The translations under genes were made by a program, and so were the position numbers. The notes beneath the pieces are model-generated. The model ran no database searches, had not been told where the DNA came from, and saw nothing but the letters and a program-made list of their open reading frames with translations. Shown here piece after piece: positions 20,046-30,495 of a stretch of DNA of 64,000 nt; within the stretch, counting starts at the first letter, position 1; each line of letters starts with the position of its first letter. This stretch comes from a virus. The stretch is from the IMG/VR virus record IMGVR_UViG_3300050343_000218. One strand, written 5' to 3'.

Positions 20046-23000
20046 TAAATATCTCCTTGGAATACGTGACCACCATCTCTAACAGGAGAGGTTGTCGGGA
20101 ACATAGCAACATCACCAGATCCTTGCATACCAGGATCTTGTGGAGACATAGTACCTCCACCAGCATTTGAATTTGCAGCTGACATAAGCAACTGCGGAAT
20201 ACTTGCCAGCGGTGCGAGAGCACCAGCAATACTATCTGCTAATCCACTTTCCATACCTGACTTCTGTAGAGCGTCTGAACGATTAGCAATGTTGGAAGAC
20301 ATACTGCTAGCAGTACTTGCCATCCCCCGTAGCGCACTAGTGATAGGTGATACTGACAGAGCAGCTGCTGATGCTTCTCGTCCTGGAGTACTACCATCAG
20401 CAGAGTAAGAAGAAGAACTACTACTATCCAGCGAAGGAGTACCAGGACCATCCTTAGTGAAAGGAGCGTACTTATTATATTTCGATAGAGGTTCAAACAA
20501 ACTTCGACCAGAGCGACCTACGTCACGTTCTTTAGTTGCTGTTTCCCAATGAAGGTGTGGACCATAGGAGTTACCAGTGTTACCAACCTCACCAACTTTT
20601 GTTCCTGCTGCATATGTTTTACCAACTTTCAATTTACTCTGGGACTTCATATGACCGTACATATGAGTAATACCATCTTCTGTAGTAAAGTAAATCGAAT
20701 TGCCATACCCAGCTCCGTTTGCGGTAGCACGATTGTCCACAATCTTAGCGCCTAAAGGCAGGAACATTGGAGTTCCTGATCTAGCAGCGATATCTGTACC
20801 TTGATGCATCTTCCACAATCCTGACCCTGGTGCCGTTCGCATACCACGCTTAGAAGTGACAGTAATATTAGGTCTGTTACCAGTAGCTCCACCCATACCA
20901 GGTAGTTTAATAAACTCACTACTACTAGTAGGACTAGCAGGACCACCTTGTCCACGCAGTTTCCTCATCATTTCTTCTTGCTGCTTTCTTCTATTGTATA
21001 GTTTTCCAGCAAGAGTATCGTTACTTACATTATCCAAGTCACCTGTGGTTGCTTTCTGTGCATCACCACTGAACCAAGACATTGGATTCAACATATTAAA
21101 TCCACCACCTTTACCACGAACAGAATTCTGTACAGGACCACCTTCTCCTTCATCACTTGTACCATCAACAAAGTTGTTTATCTTACCGAGAACATCACCT
21201 GACATCGCCCCCTCCATACCAGAAACCATACCACGAAGAGCATCACCACCCAACCAGGAAGGAACATTGTCAATTAGACCTTTAATAAATCCCATACCAG
21301 CTTGAACAACTGTGCTGATGGTTTTGACAATGTTAGTGACTAGATCAACAACACTTCTGATTGAACTGATAACAAGATTAAGTACTGGTGCTAAGGTCTT
21401 CAGCAGAACTTTGGCAATAATACCAATAATTCTACCAATGTTTTGAAGAGCTGTGACAAATCCACCACTTCCATCTTTTCCGTTACCCTTAATACCAAAA
21501 GCACCCGCGACAGTATCCAATGCACCTGTGATAGAACCAGCAAGTCCTTTAAAGTTATCAATCACAGGACCAAAAGTACCACCCCAGTCGAATGACTTGA
21601 ATGTGTTGGCGAATCCTTCACCCAAGAACTTACCAACGTTCTCACCTAACCAAGCACCAGCTGCTGCACCCAGAGCAGTACCGATAGGACCGAGAGCACT
21701 ACCCAGGATACCACCCACCACAGTACCGACACCAGCACCCACACCAGCACCAGCAGATCTACCAACGATCTTTGCTTTGTCTTTCTTCAGACTACCATCA
21801 GCAAGACCAGCTTTAATTTGTTCCTCATCCATCTGAGGATTCTCTGCCCTCAGTCTCTCCATTTCCTCTGTGTTTGCATCCATAGCGCCAAACCCAGCAG
21901 AGATTAGGGAACCGAGAATAGGAATTCTCTTCGCCAAACTACCAGCACCTTTTGCAACACTAGCAATACCTTTCGCATTCTTTATAGTAGATACTGCTTG
22001 TGGTGTTGCTGTTCTCGCTGCCCTAATTGTGTCACCAAGTTTCGCAGCAACACCAGGAGTAGCACGAGCACCAGCTGCACCAAGTCTAGCAGCACCCTGA
22101 ACACCACGTGATCCAAGTTTAGATACTTGTGTAGCAGCTTTACCTAAGTCAAAGTTCTTAAGAGCAGTCTTAGCAGTGGTTCCAAAACCTTTTACTGCTG
22201 TAGTTAAATTTTTAAACTGTCCAGGCAATGCTTTTATTACATTACCAAAACTAGTAATAGTTTTTACCTTAAGGTTCTTAAGGTTCTTAACGATATCATC
22301 AAAGGTACCAAGGATTGCAGCTTGAGGACCAGCAGCTTTCGAGACTGCCATAAACTGCTTGACTCCCTGCGGAGTTGCTGCAGAGACTGCTTGTCTAGTA
22401 GCGCTAGCTGCATTACGAGCACTTGTAACAGTACCCTGAATACCTGTTCTAATACCTCTACCAGCACGGAAGACACCACCCGCTTCCATCCCAACATCAC
22501 CAACACCACGAGCAATGTTCGGGAACGGACGACCTGCAGTGCGAAGAACATCGACATCACGAGCACCAGTAAGTCCTTGCCCAAAGAGTTTAGCTTGTGT
22601 AGGAAGATTTTTTAATCCAGCTACACGTGTAGCTACACCTCTCTGTACTCCCTCTACACCTCTCTGTGCTCCCTGTCTCGCACCACTTACAAAACCAGCA
22701 GCTCTTTCTCTAGTAGTTTTTACAGCAGCGACAAGAGAATCTTTTAAAGTCTTAGGAGTAATAGTAGTTGGGAGAGTACTGCTACCTGCACGTGCTCCCT
22801 GTCTGATAGCAATGTCATCTAATTTAGATGCAAGCTTGCTAGTATCTGACCTTCCAACCGCTTCAGCAATTGCTTGGGTTCCTCTAACAGGAAGCATCGC
22901 AGTTGACTTAGCAGCTCCAGCTATTCCCTTGCCGATTGCTCCACGAACTGCACCACCAGTCTTTGCATACTTACCAGACTTCGCAGCATCGACTCCCATC

Positions 23001-23524
23001 GATATCTGACGAAGACCAAACATCGAGAACCCATCTATGGGGGTCAAGATATCCTGAAGTCTAGTTAAAAACCTTGCTGTTTTTTCCCTAAAGTTACTTA
23101 GTTTTTCTCTAAGATCTATCTCAAATTCTTCTAAATTATCTGCCCACCCATCAAGAGTATCAGCAATACCTGCAGCTCCATCAGAAAACTTTGATGCTGC
23201 AGCAGTAAGAGCACCAATACCAAGTGCTATTGCACCAAGACCTAGAGCTTTCTTTAAATCTACCTTAGATTTTTTCTTTGTCTTTCCTCCCTTATCCTTT
23301 CCACCTACACCACCTATATTATACTTCTCAATTGCATTCTCTTGCGCAGTAAACTTGCTAGCAGAGATAGACTTTCTCGACAAAGAAATTTGCTGTCGAA
23401 GAAGATTGTTAGTCGTTAGCTGAGAGTTTACAACATCAGACAGGATACTATTAGTAATCTTCTGCGCGTTCAATTGCGCAGAAGAAAGAGTTGTCAGAAC
23501 TTTAATGCTAGACTCTAGTGACAT
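20045..23524 (-). CDS. Tape-measure-like (gp29 position) protein with glycine-zipper segment and C-terminal M23 peptidase
   Basis: Long Ala/Gly/Lys helical region; HQGTD, YGN, YGHM, GNTGNSYGPHLHWE M23 motifs. Confidence 0.7.
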   Translation of the reverse strand: MSLESSIKVLTTLSSAQLNAQKITNSILSDVVNSQLTTNNLLRQQISLSRKSISASKFTAQENAIEKYNIGGVGGKDKGGKTKKKSKVDLKKALGLGAIALGIGALTAAASKFSDGAAGIADTLDGWADNLEEFEIDLREKLSNFREKTARFLTRLQDILTPIDGFSMFGLRQISMGVDAAKSGKYAKTGGAVRGAIGKGIAGAAKSTAMLPVRGTQAIAEAVGRSDTSKLASKLDDIAIRQGARAGSSTLPTTITPKTLKDSLVAAVKTTRERAAGFVSGARQGAQRGVEGVQRGVATRVAGLKNLPTQAKLFGQGLTGARDVDVLRTAGRPFPNIARGVGDVGMEAGGVFRAGRGIRTGIQGTVTSARNAASATRQAVSAATPQGVKQFMAVSKAAGPQAAILGTFDDIVKNLKNLKVKTITSFGNVIKALPGQFKNLTTAVKGFGTTAKTALKNFDLGKAATQVSKLGSRGVQGAARLGAAGARATPGVAAKLGDTIRAARTATPQAVSTIKNAKGIASVAKGAGSLAKRIPILGSLISAGFGAMDANTEEMERLRAENPQMDEEQIKAGLADGSLKKDKAKIVGRSAGAGVGAGVGTVVGGILGSALGPIGTALGAAAGAWLGENVGKFLGEGFANTFKSFDWGGTFGPVIDNFKGLAGSITGALDTVAGAFGIKGNGKDGSGGFVTALQNIGRIIGIIAKVLLKTLAPVLNLVISSIRSVVDLVTNIVKTISTVVQAGMGFIKGLIDNVPSWLGGDALRGMVSGMEGAMSGDVLGKINNFVDGTSDEGEGGPVQNSVRGKGGGFNMLNPMSWFSGDAQKATTGDLDNVSNDTLAGKLYNRRKQQEEMMRKLRGQGGPASPTSSSEFIKLPGMGGATGNRPNITVTSKRGMRTAPGSGLWKMHQGTDIAARSGTPMFLPLGAKIVDNRATANGAGYGNSIYFTTEDGITHMYGHMKSQSKLKVGKTYAAGTKVGEVGNTGNSYGPHLHWETATKERDVGRSGRSLFEPLSKYNKYAPFTKDGPGTPSLDSSSSSSYSADGSTPGREASAAALSVSPITSALRGMASTASSMSSNIANRSDALQKSGMESGLADSIAGALAPLASIPQLLMSAANSNAGGGTMSPQDPGMQGSGDVAMFPTTSPVRDGGHVFQGDI

Positions 23525-23694
23525 TATCCTGTTTGCTGTTTAAGTTTTTCGTCTTCAAGATAAGCGATAAGTAATGCAACATATACTTCTCTTTCCCACG
23601 GCATCATATTTTCAATCTCAGTAAGACTATACTTATGATGCTGCATTAAAGCAAAGTTTGTCCTAAAATAATTCTCTAAGGAATTATAGGACAT
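23524..23694 (-). CDS. gp51: Baseplate hub assembly catalyst gp51
   Basis: Manual translation MSYNSLENYFRTNFALMQHHKYSLTEIENMMPWEREVY... Confidence 0.9.
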   Translation of the reverse strand: MSYNSLENYFRTNFALMQHHKYSLTEIENMMPWEREVYVALLIAYLEDEKLKQQTG

Positions 23695-23696
23695 CA

Positions 23697-24410
23697 CTAC
23701 CCGAAAAAAGATGCCAAACCCTCAAGTGTATACTCACAATCCACATTCGTATTAGGATTAGTTACGGTGAATGTGTGAGATAGCTTAGGCATATTCACAA
23801 AGAACGTTTGCATAGATGCAAACTGAGATGATGTAAGACTATCGATGAAAGCAATCATCTCTTTCCTGCTAGAATTAGCAGACTCATATACTTCATCACC
23901 ATCAATAATCTGATCGATACAATCAGCAATAAGTTCAAACACTTCATCAGGTTTAGTTTCAACATCACCAAAATTATTTTTGATGAACTGATCCAAAGAA
24001 GGGTACTTCATTTTGAGAGCAATGTTCTCAGTCAATTCGATAGTATCGGTACTACCTTCTGGTTTAATAACCTCTACATCTTCCAAGCTAATAAGAGCAT
24101 CAACCTCAGTCTCATTGTCATCCGTACAGATAACTTTGAGTTCTAGTTCTTCACCCACTGACTTGGCACGAATCTTCAGAAACAAATACTCAAGATCAAA
24201 CATCGCAAGATTCTTAATAACCAATCTACTTGTGATGCAATTAGTTAGTAGTGTTACAACTGCATTCTGAATCTGTTGTGTGTCTTCCGATTCTAAAGCT
24301 AAGAGAAGAGTTTTTTCTTCCTTAACCAAGAAGGGACGATACTTCACTGTCTGTCCCGTAGAAGGGAGAGTAGTAGAGTACGAAGGCACTTCAATTTTTG
24401 GTAAAGGCAT
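23697..24410 (-). CDS. gp26: Baseplate hub subunit gp26
   Basis: MPLPKI..Y...LPSTGQTVKYRPFLVKEEK..FDLEYLFLKIRAKSVGE. Confidence 0.92.
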   Translation of the reverse strand: MPLPKIEVPSYSTTLPSTGQTVKYRPFLVKEEKTLLLALESEDTQQIQNAVVTLLTNCITSRLVIKNLAMFDLEYLFLKIRAKSVGEELELKVICTDDNETEVDALISLEDVEVIKPEGSTDTIELTENIALKMKYPSLDQFIKNNFGDVETKPDEVFELIADCIDQIIDGDEVYESANSSRKEMIAFIDSLTSSQFASMQTFFVNMPKLSHTFTVTNPNTNVDCEYTLEGLASFFG

Positions 24411-24442
24411 AGTATTTCAATTCGATATTTATATTTAGGGGG

Positions 24443-25213
24443 TCATTCAAAAGCGTTCTTTAAATTCTTAGAGAACTTTTTAGTACTGTCATCAATACCT
24501 CTCAAAGCTTTGCGTAGTTTCTTTGGAAGAGGATACTTATCAAGTTTAGACATAGACTTGAAATTCTGAAGAGCATCTTCATACTGAATCTCAAACTTTT
24601 CATAGTACATATTAACAGTACAGGTAACCAATGTAGTAGCACCTGCATCTAGAGGAACAGCATCAATAGAATATGGATATGCTTTCTGAAACCAGTACCT
24701 CATCGACTTAGATTGAGATCGATTGACAGGTCCAGGTTCAAACTTATCAATCAGAACTGACATCTGATACTCATCAGGATATCTAACTCTAACATATCTA
24801 TTTCTATCTCTATCAGGACTGTTAGTCCATCCTTCCATCATATCAATTTCATCACCACCATTATCAAACTCCTGGAAAATTTTATCAAACCAAGCGTGGA
24901 AAACTTTGTAAGCTGTCATATTAGCATCACAGATGAAGGACAGTGACAAATCATTGTACATCTTCATCGTAGGATACTTCATACTATGCCCAGTATAGTA
25001 TCCATTTACTTGTCCAGTAGCTGCCTGCACACTAGGAAGGGAAACCGAGTTGCAAAGAAGCTCCATCGATTCTCTCGTGGCATTACTCACATCTGGCAGT
25101 CCCTGAAGATCCAGTTGCCATATAGCAGGAATAGTGCATCTAAATTGATTAGACTTTGCAACTCCACCACCACGATTAAGTTGTTTAGCTAGATCTGAGT
25201 AGAGATTCGCCAT
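24443..25213 (-). CDS. Tail-tube-fold baseplate protein (gp54/gp19 family)
   Basis: GGVAKSNQF..LCNSVSLPS..YNDLSLSF..AYPYSIDAVPL..TVNMYY. Confidence 0.75.
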   Translation of the reverse strand: MANLYSDLAKQLNRGGGVAKSNQFRCTIPAIWQLDLQGLPDVSNATRESMELLCNSVSLPSVQAATGQVNGYYTGHSMKYPTMKMYNDLSLSFICDANMTAYKVFHAWFDKIFQEFDNGGDEIDMMEGWTNSPDRDRNRYVRVRYPDEYQMSVLIDKFEPGPVNRSQSKSMRYWFQKAYPYSIDAVPLDAGATTLVTCTVNMYYEKFEIQYEDALQNFKSMSKLDKYPLPKKLRKALRGIDDSTKKFSKNLKNAFE

Positions 25214-25244
25214 CTAAATAAGCTTTGGCATACATTTTATTTAT
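25214..25244. promoter_or_regulatory. Back-to-back late promoters (CTAAATA on plus 25214-25220; ATAAATA on minus 25238-25244)
   Basis: Divergent junction between the gp54-like gene and gp4. Confidence 0.6.
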
Positions 25245-25683
25245 GGCGTACTCTGGACAATACAAACCAGTGAACTACCATAAGTATAAGGGTGATTTCC
25301 GCAGAATATTCTACAGATCATCGTGGGAACTTATGTTTATGAAGTACTGCGATAGGGAAAATAATGTATTAGAGTGGGGTAGTGAAGAGATAATCATACC
25401 GTATCGTTGTCCTACTGACGGTAGAGTACATAGATATTATCCAGATTTTTATGTAAAAGTCAGGGATAAAGATGGTTCTCTTAAAAAATATATTGTTGAG
25501 GTGAAACCAAAGAAACAAACAAAACCACCTAAAGCACCTCAACGTAAAACTAGAAGATATTTGCAAGAGGTAAATACTTTTATGAAGAACACTGCTAAGT
25601 GGAAGGCAGCAAAAAATTACTGTGATGATAGAAGAATGGACTTTCTAATTCTCACGGAGGATCATCTTGGAATCGGTCTTTGA
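25243..25683 (+). CDS. gp4: Head completion protein gp4
   Basis: YRSSWE..WGSEE..YYPDF..EVKP..KWKAA TnsA-like nuclease fold. Confidence 0.92.
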   Translation: MAYSGQYKPVNYHKYKGDFRRIFYRSSWELMFMKYCDRENNVLEWGSEEIIIPYRCPTDGRVHRYYPDFYVKVRDKDGSLKKYIVEVKPKKQTKPPKAPQRKTRRYLQEVNTFMKNTAKWKAAKNYCDDRRMDFLILTEDHLGIGL

Positions 25684-26263
25684 AAAGCTAGAGAAAGCAC
25701 AAGCAGGTGAAGATCGTAGTCCTGCTTGGTGGAGACAAGCAGGTAAGGTTGCGATGCGTTCTGCATTAGCAGACGGTGCAAAGGATGCCATCATCACAAA
25801 CGAAACTGTCAATCGTGATGATGACAATGAGGTGTCTTTCTATCCCAAGAGAGGAAAGCTTATGATGTTTGAATATAATGCACGAGTGAGTAAGCAAGTT
25901 CTTCCTTACTACGATCAGTTACCATTGACCTTAGTATTAGAAGTAAAAACTGATCACTTCTGGGGTGCGAACTTACATTACATCAGTCCAAAGAAAAGAT
26001 TAAAAACTATAGAAGCATTACTAAAGGGTAAGATTGATATACCTCGCAAAATCATTCATAAATACTTGAAACGTGATGTAAAGAACGGTGGTCTCTTTGT
26101 AGACATCGCAGAAAGTGATTGGGACTCAGCAATCTATCTACCAACTGAACAGTTTGTTGCTGCCGTTGGAAAAATAGAGATACCATATCAATCTAAGAAA
26201 GTATGGAATCACTATGATCCTCTTACCAAATATAGATTCAAAGCTAAAAGAAAGGTTAACTAA
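25667..26263 (+). CDS. gp2: DNA end protector gp2
   Basis: LPYYDQLPL..GANLHY..HKYL motif. Confidence 0.85.
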   Translation: MESVFEKLEKAQAGEDRSPAWWRQAGKVAMRSALADGAKDAIITNETVNRDDDNEVSFYPKRGKLMMFEYNARVSKQVLPYYDQLPLTLVLEVKTDHFWGANLHYISPKKRLKTIEALLKGKIDIPRKIIHKYLKRDVKNGGLFVDIAESDWDSAIYLPTEQFVAAVGKIEIPYQSKKVWNHYDPLTKYRFKAKRKVN

Positions 26264-27213
26264 TGTCACTACTTGATCGCAATAAGAAAAAGAATGGTGG
26301 TGGTAAGAGGGCACTTAGATTCCCTCGGGATAAAGTAACGGATCACGATGATTATATGATGTTTACCATCTATAAGTATCAACCTCCTTTCCGTAAAGCA
26401 AACTGCATCGGAAAATCTGGTGGTAACCTATGGGGTAGTAGATATTCTAGTTACGATACTACTGGGTTTGGCGGAGGAGAATTAGAGTCTTCTAAGTATA
26501 AAAATATGGTCCTCTATATGCCAGAGGATATTAGCGATGCGCATACAAGAAACTGGGGTGAAGTTTCTGTCAATAACATACAGCGTGCTGCTTTAAGAGC
26601 ATTTGGATCTGGTCTAGATGCTGCTCCTGGTTTGATGGACAACTTGACCACAGAGGGAGTCAAACAAGCTGCCAAAAGTATGCTACCTAAAGATACTGTA
26701 TCTCAAGGCAAGGCATTTATGAAACAACTAGCAGTAGAAGGAGCATCAGCTGCTGCAGGTGTCGATTCTAATGTTGCTTTCGGTGGTGTGATGGGTCAAG
26801 TTGCTAACCCCAACTTGGAAGTTCTATTTGAAAACGTTGGGCTGAGAACATTTAGTTTCAACTGGACAATGGTGCCCAGAAATCAAAAAGAATCTCTAAT
26901 TATTAAAGAGATGATTTGGCAATTCAAAAAAGCATCTGCACCAGAGATGGAAGCAGATGGTTGGTTTATGAAAGTTCCACACGTATTTAATATCGAATAC
27001 AAGCAAGGTTCCTCCACAAACCATTGGTTAAATAGAATGAAAGCTTGTGCACTGCAAGGTATTTCTGTTAACTATAGTGCTGGTGGCAGTTACGCCAGTT
27101 TGTCTGACGGAGCACCTGTTGCAGTGACAATTGGTTTGCAGTTCAAAGAACTGAAGATGATTCTCTCACAAGATTTTGGTGATTCATTTAGTCAAGGACA
27201 GCAATACTACTAA
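26263..27213 (+). CDS. gp48: Baseplate tail tube cap gp48
   Basis: LYMPEDISD..NPNLEVLF..LRTFSFNW..P..ES..FK..P. Confidence 0.88.
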   Translation: MSLLDRNKKKNGGGKRALRFPRDKVTDHDDYMMFTIYKYQPPFRKANCIGKSGGNLWGSRYSSYDTTGFGGGELESSKYKNMVLYMPEDISDAHTRNWGEVSVNNIQRAALRAFGSGLDAAPGLMDNLTTEGVKQAAKSMLPKDTVSQGKAFMKQLAVEGASAAAGVDSNVAFGGVMGQVANPNLEVLFENVGLRTFSFNWTMVPRNQKESLIIKEMIWQFKKASAPEMEADGWFMKVPHVFNIEYKQGSSTNHWLNRMKACALQGISVNYSAGGSYASLSDGAPVAVTIGLQFKELKMILSQDFGDSFSQGQQYY

Positions 27214-29294
27214 TGCCATACTTCAGTTATCTACCAGACATTGATCTAGCAGTTCGACCTATCAAATTTCCTTGGTCGGAACAGCAATACAAAGTAGCAA
27301 AAAATATTTTTAGAAGATTTAAAGTTAGCGAAACTTCTTTAGATACAATGACATACTTTAAAAAGTATGTTATCGATGACTCAGATCGTCCTGATATTAT
27401 TTCAGAGATTGTGTATGGTAGATCTGATTATGATTGGATCATTATGATGTGCAATAACATCATCAATCCATATTACGATTGGCCAATGAGTCAATCAACG
27501 TTGATGGAATATATTAGTACGGAGTATGATAATCCGTATGCAATTAAACACTACGTCACAAGAGAAGTAAAGAACACTGCAGGCGACGTGGTTCTTCCTG
27601 CAGGACAAATTGTTGACGAGGGTTTCTACAACTCTCCTTATTGGGTAGAGTATGACAGAAGTGATGTTGAGTTTCCAATACCAGAGAACAAAACAGAGCT
27701 CATTGTAACTAGACAGCTTGGTGTTAATCACGTTCAATTAAAATCTTGCAGTTGGGGCGTCTGTTTCCCACGAGATGTAGCTGGTGGTGGATATGAATCA
27801 GCACCTACGATATCATTCCGATCACCATATTCACAACTAGGTGAGCTGCCAGCTGTAAGAGCAACAGGTTTTGCAACACTGAGTGATACGGGATACCTAA
27901 AACGCTTTGACATTACATCTCCTGGTGAAAACTATACATATCCTCCCATTGTTACTTTCGATGGTGGGTTAGCAGGTCAAGGTGCTACAGCAACAATCAA
28001 TAGTAGCGGTCAAGTAACAGAGATTCGTCTCGATGGTTTGTCATATGATACTACCGTGGCAGATAACATCTATGAATTTGGAGGAGGTGCTACTCTTGCT
28101 CCTAATGGTAGTGGAACAGGATATACTGGAGGATTTGACCTTGGCACTACACACCTTAGATTAGGAGACTCATACGGAACACGTTATGCTACTATTAACA
28201 AAGTAGATATGACAACTTTCGATACTGTTCGTGTCTATGCTATTCGTGGTAACGGTAGTAATGGTGGAGAAACACCTGACATCAATGGTGTAGAAGATCT
28301 ATATTTAAGATATCAAATTACTGAAAATGTAAACCCTGATCCTAGTGCGTGGGTTAACCTTGGTATTGTGATCGAAGCTGTGCCCAATGGTAGTGGTAGT
28401 GGTGTCCTTGACAACTACGACTTTACTGTGCCAGCAAATGTAAGGACAGAAAATGTGTTCTTCCAGTTATATCAACCTGGTAACAGTGGTCCTTCATACG
28501 ATCACTACGGTATCACAACTATCAACTTCATCAACAACAGTGCTGAATACACAGACTCTAACGTATACCTAACAAACAATCCTCTTGATTCTACAGGTAG
28601 TGGAGCAACTGCAGTTGCTGTATTAGGTAAGCGTCTGACTGGTGTAACTGTAACCAACCCAGGTTCTTATGGTGGTGGTTACTATGTTAATATAGGTGCT
28701 TCTGGTGGCAACCCCGATTACGAAGCTTACTTTGATGCAGTAGCGGAACCAAATCCTAATTCATTTGCAGCTGATGATGTAATTACTTTCAGCAATGGTG
28801 TTACTGCTACGATCATTGAATATAATGAGCTATCTAATGGGCAAAGCGATAGTATGACAATCAAAATGGATACTATCGATCCTAATAATCCTATCGCTAG
28901 CAGTATGGCATTCACTACTGCAACTTCTACTGCTGTTGTACACACAGTGGTGTCTACTGTACAATCCGAACCAACTTTTATAGACAAAGTTGGAAACTTG
29001 TTTAGATATCAACTACTACGAACGTCTGGTACTGGTGGATGGGAGAAGCTAATACGTGACAGTTACCGTTACTATGACGAAGATCTTCAGCTAGTAGTAC
29101 CCAAGGTAGGAAAAGAAATTTCCTACCCTGTTACCTTCCACGAGTACGAGACTGAACAAAACGATAAAAAGCGCGAGATATTTATCTTAAAGAAAAGATA
29201 TATCGCACGCTTTTTGGCAGAGATGAAAGAGCAACTGCCGTATAAAAAATCTTCAGATTACATTAGTTCAACTCTGAAGAGATCAAGTATCTGA
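27213..29294 (+). CDS. gp53: Baseplate wedge gp53 with a large internal insertion (693 aa)
   Basis: MPYFSYLPD..DRPD..YG..DWII..NNIINP..DWP N-terminus; YEYETEQND.KREI.ILK..YI C-terminus. Confidence 0.85.
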   Translation: MPYFSYLPDIDLAVRPIKFPWSEQQYKVAKNIFRRFKVSETSLDTMTYFKKYVIDDSDRPDIISEIVYGRSDYDWIIMMCNNIINPYYDWPMSQSTLMEYISTEYDNPYAIKHYVTREVKNTAGDVVLPAGQIVDEGFYNSPYWVEYDRSDVEFPIPENKTELIVTRQLGVNHVQLKSCSWGVCFPRDVAGGGYESAPTISFRSPYSQLGELPAVRATGFATLSDTGYLKRFDITSPGENYTYPPIVTFDGGLAGQGATATINSSGQVTEIRLDGLSYDTTVADNIYEFGGGATLAPNGSGTGYTGGFDLGTTHLRLGDSYGTRYATINKVDMTTFDTVRVYAIRGNGSNGGETPDINGVEDLYLRYQITENVNPDPSAWVNLGIVIEAVPNGSGSGVLDNYDFTVPANVRTENVFFQLYQPGNSGPSYDHYGITTINFINNSAEYTDSNVYLTNNPLDSTGSGATAVAVLGKRLTGVTVTNPGSYGGGYYVNIGASGGNPDYEAYFDAVAEPNPNSFAADDVITFSNGVTATIIEYNELSNGQSDSMTIKMDTIDPNNPIASSMAFTTATSTAVVHTVVSTVQSEPTFIDKVGNLFRYQLLRTSGTGGWEKLIRDSYRYYDEDLQLVVPKVGKEISYPVTFHEYETEQNDKKREIFILKKRYIARFLAEMKEQLPYKKSSDYISSTLKRSSI

Positions 29295-29495
29295 TTTCTT
29301 ATAGAAACCAAATGGACCGACTTTTTCTTTCACTCGGTTCTTCATAACAACACCAGCAAGAGACTCCATAATTTTCAGGACATCTTCTGCCTTAGCACCT
29401 TCACCAAGTTCTTTGGCAACATAGAAATACTTATCAAAGAACTCTTGACCGTGTTCTTTGTAGTCTTCAACGGTGATTGGTTGATCTTTCATCAT
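29283..29495 (-). CDS. Conserved hypothetical protein
   Basis: ORF directly downstream of gp32. Confidence 0.65.
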   Translation of the reverse strand: MMKDQPITVEDYKEHGQEFFDKYFYVAKELGEGAKAEDVLKIMESLAGVVMKNRVKEKVGPFGFYKKSDT

Positions 29496-30412
29496 TCTTC
29501 CTCAGCAAGGCGAGCGAAGTATGACAATTGATCTTCATCACCACTAGGAGTGATGTCAGGTGCATTGAATCCCGCATCCACAGTTTCAGTCTTCCTCTCA
29601 AAGTTAGGAGTGAAGCTAGGAGTGGAGGGTACAACAGGTTCAAACTCTTCGTCATCAACAGTAGGAGCAGCACTCCGCTTATTGATACCAAGCACTTCAT
29701 TCAGACGTGATTGGAGTTCTTCGTATGTTTTGAACTGATCAGCAGTAGTAAAAGCAGACAGAGAATACTGTTGCTTCCAAGTTGCTTCCAGCACGTCATC
29801 ATCCTGATGCAATGCACTGGTACTATCAAACTCAGACTTGTCATAGTTCCAGTAACCTGCAACCTTACAGATCTTCAGCTTGAAGTTAGCACCTTCCCAC
29901 ATATCAAAAGGATTGATAGGGGTTTCGTCTTCAAACTCAGGTTGCATTGCTGCAGTGATCTTGTCATAGATCTTCTTACCAAACTTGTAGAGGAAGACTT
30001 TACCTTCGTTCTGAGGATTGGCAGGGTCACGCACAACAAAGATGTTGGTGTAGTAAGAGAGCTTACGCTTCTGCTTACGTGCGACTTCTTTATCTGCATC
30101 GATGCCAGAGTTCCACAGCTTACGATTGACTTCACCGACAGGATCCTTGCCACCAATAGTAGTCAGGGAGTTCTCGATATACCAACCACCAGGACCCTGG
30201 AAGGCGTGGGAGTACACCTTCGCCCAAGGCATTTCCTCTCCATCAGGAGCAGGAAGGAAACGAATGACAGCGTAACCGTTGCCAGAGTTATCGAGTTCAG
30301 GTTTCCAGAGACGATCGTCTCCACCCTTACTAGACTTATTGATCTTCTCTGCCTCCTGGACTAGTGCTTGGAGAGACGAGGTTGAACGCTTTTTAAGATC
30401 GCTAAAAGACAT
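29492..30412 (-). CDS. gp32: Single-stranded DNA-binding protein gp32
   Basis: DDRLWKP..GNGYAVIRFLP..YIENSLTT..GKVFLYKFGKKI; acidic tail. Confidence 0.97.
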   Translation of the reverse strand: MSFSDLKKRSTSSLQALVQEAEKINKSSKGGDDRLWKPELDNSGNGYAVIRFLPAPDGEEMPWAKVYSHAFQGPGGWYIENSLTTIGGKDPVGEVNRKLWNSGIDADKEVARKQKRKLSYYTNIFVVRDPANPQNEGKVFLYKFGKKIYDKITAAMQPEFEDETPINPFDMWEGANFKLKICKVAGYWNYDKSEFDSTSALHQDDDVLEATWKQQYSLSAFTTADQFKTYEELQSRLNEVLGINKRSAAPTVDDEEFEPVVPSTPSFTPNFERKTETVDAGFNAPDITPSGDEDQLSYFARLAEEE

Positions 30413-30495
30413 TAGATTCTTAGATTGAATTGGATTTGGTTTTAGTGTTGGGTCTTACGCTGAATACTGTGCAGCCCAACGGAGTTATTATAGCA
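30413..30495 (-). promoter_or_regulatory. gp32 promoter (TGCTATAAT) and structured leader
   Basis: Extended -10 at 30487-30495; GTTGGG/CCCAAC stem at 30447-30480; G-poor tract before the ATG. Confidence 0.55.
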
